A stretch of 64,000 nt of DNA from an uncultured Alphaproteobacteria bacterium (GTDB taxonomy: Bacteria; Pseudomonadota; Alphaproteobacteria; Methylaequorales; Methylaequoraceae): positions 70,420-134,419 of the forward strand of contig CACACI010000001.1 of assembly GCA_902530985.1 (NCBI GenBank). Reading direction: 5' to 3'. Both the position numbers and the translations under genes were made by a program. How positions within the stretch are numbered: the stretch's first letter is position 1; each line of letters opens with the position of its first letter. This document shows positions 21,734-29,801 of the stretch, piece after piece. The notes beneath the pieces were generated by a model that was given only the letters and a program-made list of their open reading frames with translations, was not told the origin of the DNA and searched no databases.

Positions 21734-23091
21734 GAAAATCTTTTTTCAATAAAATTTGCCAAAGCTCTAATGCCCATGGCTTCACCTCCCTCATAATTAT
21801 TTAATTTGTTAGGTTTCGACCATGCCATCATATCCACATGAATCCATGGTATTTTTTCTCCAACAAATTTCTCTAGAAAAAGTGCTGCCGTAATAGCACC
21901 ACCAAATGGTCCACTTCCAATATTTTTAATATCTGCATGAATAGAATTTAATTGATAATTATAATTTTGCCATAATGGAAGTTGCCATATTGGATCCCCA
22001 ACCTCTTGCGAAGAATCAATAAGACTCATTGACAAATTATCGTCATTTGAAAAAAAACTTGGAACATCTAGACCCAAAGCAACTCTTGATGCACCTGTTA
22101 AAGTTGATATATCAATTATAATATCTGGATTAAATTCTGATGCATAACTTAGAGCATCAGCCATGATTAATCTGCCTTCAGCATCAGTATCACCGACTTC
22201 AACATACAAACCTTTTCTACTTTTTAAAATATCAGATGGTCGCATAGAATTTGCCGACACAGAGTTTTCAACTAAACAAAGGAGTAAATGAATTTCAATA
22301 TCTAACTTTTTTAAGGATAGAATCTTAGCTAAACCAATTGCATTTGCAGCACCACCCATATCTTTCTTCATGAGTGACATTCCAGCCCCACTTTTTAAAT
22401 TAAGCCCACCAGTATCAAAAGAGACTCCTTTACCTATTATGAAAACTTTTCTTTTGGATCTTTTATTTTTAGAAATAAATTCACAAAAAATTGGTTTGTT
22501 TGAATTTGAAGAACCTTTGCCTACTGCTGAAATTAAAGGAAAATCTTTTTTTAGTTTTTGGCCCTCAACAGATTTATGAGAAAAGTTATTTTTTAAAAAT
22601 TTAATAGATGATTTGTATATTTGATTAGGTCCTAAAATATTTGCTGGCATATTTATAAGGTCTCTTACAAAAAAGTAAATGCTAGCTAGAGTTTGAATTT
22701 CCTTTTTATTTTTTAGTTCTAACACCCCTGTTTTTATCTTCTTAGAATTAAATTTAAATTTTGAGAATTGGTAAGATGATAAAAGCCATCCCAAGTGAAT
22801 GTTTTTTTCTTGTAAAGATTGATCCCCAAAAAAATTTATCTTATAAAGCTCATTTCCACATAAAGAGGCTAGTTTTATTCCGACATATATCAAAAAATAA
22901 TTTTTTTGAAGCTTATTCAATTTTTCTAAATTATTAAGAAAAACAAAAAGTTCATTTCCACTTCTAACAAAATTTTTTTCAGAGATATTTGATGATTCTA
23001 TTTTTTTTGCATGACTCTTCATAGCTTTTGGGACTTGACTAATCTTAAAAAAAACTAGTATTAAAATTTTTTTTTCTTTTTTATTTGTCAT
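21730..23091 (-). CDS. pepA: leucyl aminopeptidase family protein (M17)
   Basis: M17 catalytic motifs GKGVSFDTGGLNLK, MKKDMGGAA and GDTDAEGRLIMADAL. The N-terminal domain is divergent. Confidence 0.85.
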   Translation of the reverse strand: MTNKKEKKILILVFFKISQVPKAMKSHAKKIESSNISEKNFVRSGNELFVFLNNLEKLNKLQKNYFLIYVGIKLASLCGNELYKINFFGDQSLQEKNIHLGWLLSSYQFSKFKFNSKKIKTGVLELKNKKEIQTLASIYFFVRDLINMPANILGPNQIYKSSIKFLKNNFSHKSVEGQKLKKDFPLISAVGKGSSNSNKPIFCEFISKNKRSKRKVFIIGKGVSFDTGGLNLKSGAGMSLMKKDMGGAANAIGLAKILSLKKLDIEIHLLLCLVENSVSANSMRPSDILKSRKGLYVEVGDTDAEGRLIMADALSYASEFNPDIIIDISTLTGASRVALGLDVPSFFSNDDNLSMSLIDSSQEVGDPIWQLPLWQNYNYQLNSIHADIKNIGSGPFGGAITAALFLEKFVGEKIPWIHVDMMAWSKPNKLNNYEGGEAMGIRALANFIEKRFS

Positions 23092-23146
23092 CTCAAATTA
23101 AGAAATATATATTTTGTCTCTTAAAGCAACAAAAAAAGGAAATTTC

Positions 23147-24553
23147 ATGAATATAGCTATACAAATAAAAATAATTCTATCTATTTTATCTCTTTATCTT
23201 TTACCTAATCTAGGCCTTGCTGCTGATGGCCCGGTAAGTTTGGATATGATTACTAGTAGTACTGGAATTATTTGCATAATTATATTTATAATTGCCTATG
23301 CATTTGTGATGACTGAAGAATTCACACATTATAGAAAATCTAAACCAGTAATATTAGCAGCCACAGTCATATGGGTTTTAATAGCATACCATGCATCAAA
23401 TGATCCAAACCTCTCGGCAACTCATTGGGCTGAAACACAATTTAGACACGTGGTTTTGGAGTTTGCAGAATTATTTTTCTTCTTATTTGTTGCCATGGCC
23501 TATGTAAATGCTTTAACAGAAAGAAGAATGTTTGATGCCTTGTGCGCGTGGCTCTCAAATAATAATTTTAGTTATAAGAAAATATTTTTGATCTCTGGTG
23601 TTATAGCATTTTTTCTTTCTCCTATCGCAGATAACTTAACCACTGCACTTATCTTGGGTACCGTAGTAATGGTTGCTGGGCGAGGTAATAAAAGGTTTGT
23701 TGTTCCGGGTTTAATAAATATTGTCGTTGCGGCAAATGCAGGGGGAGCTTTTTCACCTTTTGGTGACATAACTACTCTGATGGTTTGGCAAAGAGGATTT
23801 GTTTCATTTTTTGACTTCTTTAATATTTTTGTTCCTTCAGTTATCAATTATGTCGTTCCAGCTATAATAATGTATTTTGCTATTCCAAATGAAGTTCCAA
23901 AGGGAGATGGAAAAAAAGTAACAATTCTTCCAGGGGGGAATGTAATAGCTTTTTTGGGTATATTAACAATAACACTAACTGTAACTGCTCATAATGTTCT
24001 TCACATGCCTCCTGTATTAGGAATGATGTTTGGTCTAGGTATGCTAGGAACATATGGTTATTTTCTTAAAACAAAATTCCCTGAAAAAAATAAGTTTGAT
24101 ATTTTTGTTATCACAGGAAGAGCGGAATGGGATACTTTATTATTTTTTTATGGGATTCTTGTTGCTGTCGGTGGATTGGCTTCCTTAGGTTATCTAAAGC
24201 TTATTTCTGATGATATGTATGTTACTCTTGGAGCTACCTATGCCAATATTTTAGTAGGGATTCTTTCAGCTATTATAGATAATATTCCAATAGTTTATGC
24301 AGTGTTAACAGCTCACCCTTCAATGGATATGGGACAATGGTTATTAATTACTCTTACAGCAGGAGTTGGTGGATCATTGCTATCGATTGGTTCTGCAGCT
24401 GGGGTTGCCTTAATGGGTCAAGCAAGGGGAGTTTATACTTTCTTTGCTCATCTTAAATGGTCATGGGCGATCTTATTAGGATATGTTGCAAGTATCATTG
24501 TTCATCTTTGGATGAATCAACATCTATTTGATTTGATACCACTTGAAAGATAA
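23147..24553 (+). CDS. nhaD: Na+/H+ antiporter NhaD / ArsB-type ion transporter family
   Basis: About 468 aa polytopic membrane protein with NhaD-like segments (SPIADNLTTALI, AANAGGAFSPFGDITTLM, IDNIP). I prefer ATG 23147, which has an AGGAAA Shine-Dalgarno site, over the track start at 23114. Confidence 0.65.
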   Translation: MNIAIQIKIILSILSLYLLPNLGLAADGPVSLDMITSSTGIICIIIFIIAYAFVMTEEFTHYRKSKPVILAATVIWVLIAYHASNDPNLSATHWAETQFRHVVLEFAELFFFLFVAMAYVNALTERRMFDALCAWLSNNNFSYKKIFLISGVIAFFLSPIADNLTTALILGTVVMVAGRGNKRFVVPGLINIVVAANAGGAFSPFGDITTLMVWQRGFVSFFDFFNIFVPSVINYVVPAIIMYFAIPNEVPKGDGKKVTILPGGNVIAFLGILTITLTVTAHNVLHMPPVLGMMFGLGMLGTYGYFLKTKFPEKNKFDIFVITGRAEWDTLLFFYGILVAVGGLASLGYLKLISDDMYVTLGATYANILVGILSAIIDNIPIVYAVLTAHPSMDMGQWLLITLTAGVGGSLLSIGSAAGVALMGQARGVYTFFAHLKWSWAILLGYVASIIVHLWMNQHLFDLIPLER

Positions 24554-24579
24554 ATCTTAATTTTTGAGGTGGTATTTAC

Positions 24580-26997
24580 CTACCATCTCAGATGCATTCC
24601 TCCAAAAATCGAAAATGGCTGACCAGGTGTTACAAAGGTACCACTACCTCCTGTACCTGACACTTCATTTTCTGCATAGAGACCTCCCGTTGAATAACGG
24701 TGATTAAATATGTTTCTGCCCTCAAAAAATACCACTGTATCAAATTTTTGCCTTGGGCTTGATATCGTGTATTCAGATGAAACGTTAAACAAAAAATATC
24801 CAGGAACTTTATCAGTTGCAGTATTGCTCTCATCTCCTCTATAAAATTGATCTGAATTAGCCTCTAGGTCGAAATTTATAGTCCAATTATATCTTGCTTG
24901 ATAACCTAGGCCTACCCTCCCAACATGCGGAGAGATTCCAGGTATAACATCTCCATTCTTAATGGGTATTTGAAAGGCTTCTCTTAACTCATTATCATCG
25001 AAATCATCTTCTTCATAGGTATTTGTTGGATGACCAACGCTTGAAATATTTTGAGATGTTTCAAATGTTGCCTTAACGTAAGAATATTTTGAAAACCATG
25101 ACCATTTTTTACTAAGATTTCCATTAAGGGCAAATTCCGTACCCAACCTTTGTGTATTACCTACATTTCTGAAGTATCCTGTTCCAGCTCTGTTTCCTCC
25201 GATAAAAATTATGTCATTATAGTTTCTTCCTGCAAAAGCCGCTATGTTCCAATTAATATTATTTGTTACTCCGTTAGCACCTATTTCAAAGTTTCTGTTT
25301 ACAACTTGATTTAGTGGTGGATCTGCTTGAAAAGAATTTGGAAGTCTGCACGGAGCATTTGGATCAGCACATGCTAACTCAGCTATAGAAGGAGTTCTAC
25401 TGGATTCTTTATAAGAGGCAAAAACCTTGGTGTTACCATATTTTCTCACAATACCAATACCTGGATTTACTCTCCAAAAAAAATGATGGCCTTCAAGAGC
25501 TGCTCCATGCTGATCATCAATTTTCATTGAAGCCCAGTTCCATCTTGCTGATAGATTTAAAGATGTCCTGTCATCTAAATCAATCGTATTTGTTCCATAT
25601 AAAGCAACATTATGTGTTGTTGATTCAATATTAGTTATAAATTGTTCTTCACCTTCTTCATCAGTATCAACTAAAACACCAGTTCCTTGAACCCCTCTAT
25701 CTGCCTTAATTATTCCTAATTCTGTTGAAGAGCCAAAACTATTTTTCGAGAAATCATAATTCAATCCACTAATGAAAGTATTATTTTTTTGAAATAATGA
25801 AGAATCTAACGTGGATTGAAGATTAAACCCAAATGCATTAGTTTTTGTATTTGATCTGTTGATAGCTCCAAAATTTTCTATTTCATTTTCGTCATCATCT
25901 TTCTCTAGGCCTAAAGCAGTATAGTTTATTTCGTTACCTGCAACATCTAAAATTTTGACACCATTCCCCGCTCCTGCCGCTTCAAATTCTCCACACAGAA
26001 GATTATTTTGAGCACCGCCAGTTCCATCAAAAGACATTCCGCAATCTTTACCTTCGAATTCATCACCATTATAGTTTCTTCTTTCCATATGACGATAATA
26101 CATGTTTCCTTGGATTGAAAGTTTGTCATTTATAAAATGATTTCCTCCAAGATTCATATAATAATTCTTGTTGTGTGTATTATCGGGATATGTATAAACC
26201 GCTTCCTCACCCTCTAAATCCATCAACGTAAGTGGGACGGCTCCATTACCTCTTAAATCGGTAAAAGCTTGTCCTATATTTATAAATAACTCCGTATCAT
26301 CATTTGGTCTATATCTAAAATCACTGTAAATAGTCTGAAGATATGATGCTGAATGATCTCTCCATCCTTTATCATAATTAAAATTTGCTCCCATATAAAT
26401 TGCATAATCTTCAAAACTCTGACCATATTCAATCACTTCATTAGTTCTTCCATACATTCCTCCAGAAAATGTTGTGTTAGCTCCTTGGAAATTAAATCCA
26501 TTTTTCATTTCCATAGATATTGCACCACCAATTGCATTCTGACCAAAAACTGGGTCACCACCAGTGAAAATTTGCATGTTATTAATGGCAAAATCAGGAA
26601 CTAAATCCCATTGAACTACTTCTCCAAATGATTCATTAACCCTCATTCCATTTTGATATATCGCCATAGCTTGAGCTGTACCAAGTAAAGGACCTGCAAC
26701 ATAACCTCTGAAATTAATGTCATTTTGCATCGGAGAACTATTTAAGTTTGATATAGAAATTCCAGTAGCCTCTCTATTAAGAGTTTCAACAATAGAAAAA
26801 TTCTTATTATTAGAAATTGTTTTGTCTGAAAAAGTTTGAACATTTGAAGGAACTCTTCCAAGATCAATACCGGCACCTTGCACTGGGGTAACAGATATTA
26901 TGTTTACATCTGGAGCCACATAAGTTTTGTCTTGACTTTTGGTAATAAATGGGAAAAAAAGACTAAAAACAGAGAATAAAAAAATAATTTTTTTCAT
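24580..26997 (-). CDS. TonB-dependent-receptor-like outer membrane protein (plug plus beta-barrel)
   Basis: Signal peptide MKKIIFLFSVFSLFFPFITKSQ and TonB-box-like VNIISVTP. Plug motifs NINFRGY, AIYQNGMRVNE and GGAISM. Long Gly/Asn/Tyr-rich barrel ending GGMHLRW. The track start at 27030 is probably 11 codons too long. Confidence 0.8.
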   Translation of the reverse strand: MKKIIFLFSVFSLFFPFITKSQDKTYVAPDVNIISVTPVQGAGIDLGRVPSNVQTFSDKTISNNKNFSIVETLNREATGISISNLNSSPMQNDINFRGYVAGPLLGTAQAMAIYQNGMRVNESFGEVVQWDLVPDFAINNMQIFTGGDPVFGQNAIGGAISMEMKNGFNFQGANTTFSGGMYGRTNEVIEYGQSFEDYAIYMGANFNYDKGWRDHSASYLQTIYSDFRYRPNDDTELFINIGQAFTDLRGNGAVPLTLMDLEGEEAVYTYPDNTHNKNYYMNLGGNHFINDKLSIQGNMYYRHMERRNYNGDEFEGKDCGMSFDGTGGAQNNLLCGEFEAAGAGNGVKILDVAGNEINYTALGLEKDDDENEIENFGAINRSNTKTNAFGFNLQSTLDSSLFQKNNTFISGLNYDFSKNSFGSSTELGIIKADRGVQGTGVLVDTDEEGEEQFITNIESTTHNVALYGTNTIDLDDRTSLNLSARWNWASMKIDDQHGAALEGHHFFWRVNPGIGIVRKYGNTKVFASYKESSRTPSIAELACADPNAPCRLPNSFQADPPLNQVVNRNFEIGANGVTNNINWNIAAFAGRNYNDIIFIGGNRAGTGYFRNVGNTQRLGTEFALNGNLSKKWSWFSKYSYVKATFETSQNISSVGHPTNTYEEDDFDDNELREAFQIPIKNGDVIPGISPHVGRVGLGYQARYNWTINFDLEANSDQFYRGDESNTATDKVPGYFLFNVSSEYTISSPRQKFDTVVFFEGRNIFNHRYSTGGLYAENEVSGTGGSGTFVTPGQPFSIFGGMHLRW

Positions 26998-27049
26998 GAT
27001 TTCAAATATTTTATTGAAAACTTTATGCATGTCAATTAAATATTACGTT

Positions 27050-27066
27050 AATAATTTGAAATTATT
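27050..27066. promoter_or_regulatory. perfect 17-bp palindrome AATAATTTGAAATTATT in the divergent spacer between the receptor gene and the TerB-like gene; candidate operator
   Basis: Read directly from the sequence: 8-1-8 inverted repeat whose arms resemble the nATwAT hexamers of Fur-type boxes. No functional evidence. Confidence 0.3.
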
Positions 27067-27081
27067 TATACTGAATGTCTA

Positions 27082-27531
27082 ATGTTAAAAATATTTGAAA
27101 AAGTAAAAAAAACTAAATTTTCAGAAATTAATAATCACGATAAAGCAATTTTCATCACTTCTCTCATGATTGAATGTGCTAAAATCGATGATAATTTTGA
27201 AAAAAAAGAACACGAATTAATAAAAAATATTTTATCCAAAAAACTTCACTTAGATAGTGATGAAGTTGAAAACTGTTTTGATGAGTCAATTAAAGCATCT
27301 AATGAGAGTGTAGAAGTTTACTCCTTAACAAAAGATATTCGGGATAATTTTTCTAAAGATGAAATATTACTTATTTTTGAGTATCTCTGGCAGATAATTC
27401 TTATCGACGGTATTGTAGATGATTTCGAGTCATCGATGATGACAAAATTAACTGGTCTTTTTCATTTAACCGGTAAAGAAAGTGCTGAAGCAAAACTTAA
27501 TGCTAAAATATCATTGAGTGGTGAAATCTAA
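27082..27531 (+). CDS. TerB-like (tellurite resistance TerB / DjlA N-domain family) protein
   Basis: 149 aa helical protein with the repeated acidic pattern of the TerB family (ECAKIDDNFEKKEHELIKNIL; ILIDGIVDDFESSMMTKL). Confidence 0.6.
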   Translation: MLKIFEKVKKTKFSEINNHDKAIFITSLMIECAKIDDNFEKKEHELIKNILSKKLHLDSDEVENCFDESIKASNESVEVYSLTKDIRDNFSKDEILLIFEYLWQIILIDGIVDDFESSMMTKLTGLFHLTGKESAEAKLNAKISLSGEI

Positions 27532-27804
27532 TTTTCTACTTTTGATTTTTTTTCTTTGAAATTCGAACTTTTTTCTATTTTTAATCGATTTTTTGTGCAC
27601 TCTTTCTCTCCATAATTTAAAGCTTCTGGGCTTTAATGTCTTCCTCATTATTTTAATTACTTCTCCTTCTTTTTTACCTGTCTTTTCATATATCTCTTCA
27701 AAGGTTATTCTATCTGCCCATGCAGCCCAGATCACCCAATCAGGATCAGATATATCAGGTTCTTTGTTTTTAACTCTAGTTGAAGGTCTATCAGAATTTT
27801 TCAC
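27511..27804 (-). CDS. DUF2805 / TIGR03643 family protein
   Basis: Core WADRITFEEIYEKTGKKEGEVIKIMRKTLKPRSFKLWRERV matches my recollection of the TIGR03643 signature. Basic C-terminal tail. Confidence 0.65.
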   Translation of the reverse strand: MKNSDRPSTRVKNKEPDISDPDWVIWAAWADRITFEEIYEKTGKKEGEVIKIMRKTLKPRSFKLWRERVHKKSIKNRKKFEFQRKKIKSRKLDFTTQ

Positions 27805-27809
27805 AACTT

Positions 27810-28352
27810 TTAAAACAGCTCTACCTCAATTATATCTAATTGCGGTTTAAAATCTTTACCAAATGCAACAAAACCTATGCTTTTAATTTCTGATGAACCA
27901 AAATTTGATGGCTGGTAAAAGTTTGATTTTTCAAAATCATTAAACAAGATTTCAAATGTTTGCCAATTTTCCGACACTTCAAATGCTCCAGAATAGTATT
28001 GCCATGGTAATAGAAGAAATGTTGTTCTTATGTGGATATAATATTTGCTTGGAAAACCTTTAGCTTTAATTCTAATTCCTTTAAAATTTTTTTTTTCAAA
28101 ATCAAAATCTGAACGAAATTGAATAAAACCTCCATTATTTTCTGTGCTAACATTCCCGCTAAGACGAATGAAGTTACGACTAGATTCAGAAATTAGGTCT
28201 ATCTTTCCCGAAGATACTCCCCCCATAACTTGGTCTGAAATAAATTCCCAGTCTTGTTTAACGTTTTGTAGATTGTTTTTGTCAAGTAAATGCATTGCAT
28301 TTATTTTATTAACAAATATAAGAGTAAGTATAATAAATAATTTTAAATTCAT
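27810..28352 (-). CDS. CIA30 (complex I intermediate-associated protein 30-like) family protein, secreted
   Basis: Signal peptide MNLKLFIILTLIFVNKINA. CIA30 core WEFISDQVMGGVSSG...NNGGFIQFRS. Confidence 0.7.
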   Translation of the reverse strand: MNLKLFIILTLIFVNKINAMHLLDKNNLQNVKQDWEFISDQVMGGVSSGKIDLISESSRNFIRLSGNVSTENNGGFIQFRSDFDFEKKNFKGIRIKAKGFPSKYYIHIRTTFLLLPWQYYSGAFEVSENWQTFEILFNDFEKSNFYQPSNFGSSEIKSIGFVAFGKDFKPQLDIIEVELF

Positions 28353-28470
28353 TAGACCATTATACCATGAGTGAATATCAAAATCTAATCTACCGTTTCA
28401 AATTTTTTAAAGAGTTGATTTTAAAAAAAATAAAAGAGTTTTAAAATATCTATTCTATCTTCGAGGATAA

Positions 28471-28956
28471 ATGACCGATAAAGAAATTTTAAATTTAGTC
28501 ACTATTACTCAGCAGAAGTGGGCTGAAACTATTTTAGAAATAGGCAAAGCTTACAAAAATAAAATCAATTTAGATGATTTAGTTTTGGAGTTGTTAGAAA
28601 ATATATATGCATTTAAATATTGTGATGTTTTGTTTAAACCAACCCTTGCAAAAGATGACCAATTTAGATCAACAAAAGAAGAATTCATATCTTATTTTTT
28701 GGGACAAAACAGAGTGTGCAAAGAAGACAGCGGCTTTGCTATTAAAAATTGGAAATCGATAAAGTTTGAAAACTACAAAATTATTGAGCACAATGGTTAC
28801 TTTCTTTCAATGGGTAATTATTATTTTAAAGACGATACAAACAAGTTACTAAAAGTTGAATATACATTTGGTTTTATTAAGATAAGTGATAAAGAATTAA
28901 GAATCAATTTGCATCATTCCTCATTACCTTACAATGATTTAAGCAAAAAGAATTAA
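28471..28956 (+). CDS. hypothetical protein, probable NTF2-like (SnoaL/DUF4440-type) fold
   Basis: 161 aa. The pattern W..T..EIGKAY...VLFKPTLA...GFAIKNW...MGNYYF...VEYTFGF...LHHSSLP resembles cone-shaped alpha+beta NTF2-like proteins. Family not verified. Confidence 0.45.
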   Translation: MTDKEILNLVTITQQKWAETILEIGKAYKNKINLDDLVLELLENIYAFKYCDVLFKPTLAKDDQFRSTKEEFISYFLGQNRVCKEDSGFAIKNWKSIKFENYKIIEHNGYFLSMGNYYFKDDTNKLLKVEYTFGFIKISDKELRINLHHSSLPYNDLSKKN

Positions 28957-29120
28957 AAACCTATTTTAATATCTTTAATATTTCAATTGAAAGTAACAAA
29001 AATCATGAATATCATCAAAATTTAGATCATTTCTTTAATTTAATATATAACATTTCCTATAAAAATTGTGGTTGATCATAAATCAATAAAAATTCTATAA
29101 TTAAATAATTTTATTTTGAA

Positions 29121-29801
29121 ATGAACAAAAGTCTTATAACAAATATTACAACTCTTTTAATAACTATATACGGAACGTTTTCTCCAATATACTCTGCTGA
29201 AATTTTCATGGCAGGGTTGTTTGGGTTATCAGGTGGTCTTACAAATTGGTTGGCAATTTATATGCTTTTTGAAAGAGTTCCATTTCTTTTTGGTTCTGGT
29301 GTTATACCCTTAAAATTTAAAGAATTTAAAGAAGGTATAAGAAATCTTATCATGCATGAATTTTTCTCATCAAAGTCAATTGAAAATTTTTCTAAAGAAA
29401 AAAAATTTTCTGCAACAAAAATTCTTGAAGAAATAAATTATGATGAAATTTATAATAAATTAGTTGAAGCAATCAAAGAATCCCCTCTTGGCTCTATGCT
29501 TGAAATGGTTGGAGGAGAAAAGGCTTTAGAACCTTTAAAGGATCCATTAAAAAAGAAAATTAAAGATACAATTAGTGAATTAGGAATTAAAAGTCTTGAA
29601 ACTGAAAATGGATTATCAGAAAAATTTAAAGAAGAAATTGAATCTTTAATTGATCTAAGGCTCAATGAATTATCTCCTGAACAAGTAAAAAATATTATAA
29701 AAGATATAATACATAAACATTTGGGGTGGTTGGTTGTTTGGGGTGGGTTTTTTGGTTTTATAATTGGATTAATTTTAGGTTTTATAGGGGGTGTTAGTTG
29801 A
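29121..29801 (+). CDS. DUF445 family membrane protein
   Basis: N-terminal TM helices with GGLTNWLAIYMLFERVP, an acidic helical middle region and a C-terminal TM helix. Confidence 0.65.
   Translation: MNKSLITNITTLLITIYGTFSPIYSAEIFMAGLFGLSGGLTNWLAIYMLFERVPFLFGSGVIPLKFKEFKEGIRNLIMHEFFSSKSIENFSKEKKFSATKILEEINYDEIYNKLVEAIKESPLGSMLEMVGGEKALEPLKDPLKKKIKDTISELGIKSLETENGLSEKFKEEIESLIDLRLNELSPEQVKNIIKDIIHKHLGWLVVWGGFFGFIIGLILGFIGGVS

Noticed and set aside
24630-26604. Short alternative-frame ORFs inside the receptor gene (24630-24833, 25947-26129, 26353-26604).
   Set aside because: They are embedded in the continuous 805-816-aa beta-barrel reading frame. They probably survive because this gene has higher GC and therefore fewer chance stops.
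26998-27081. Cobalamin or other riboswitch in the 5' leader of the TonB-dependent-receptor-like gene.
   Set aside because: The whole spacer is only about 84 nt and almost pure A/T. It is too short and lacks the GC-paired helices of a B12 or TPP riboswitch.
28957-29120. 164-nt spacer examined as a possible sRNA or riboswitch.
   Set aside because: I found only weak AT palindromes (TTGATcataaATCAA, ATGAataTCAT). There are no GC-supported stems or terminator, so it is most simply a promoter region for the DUF445-selO unit.
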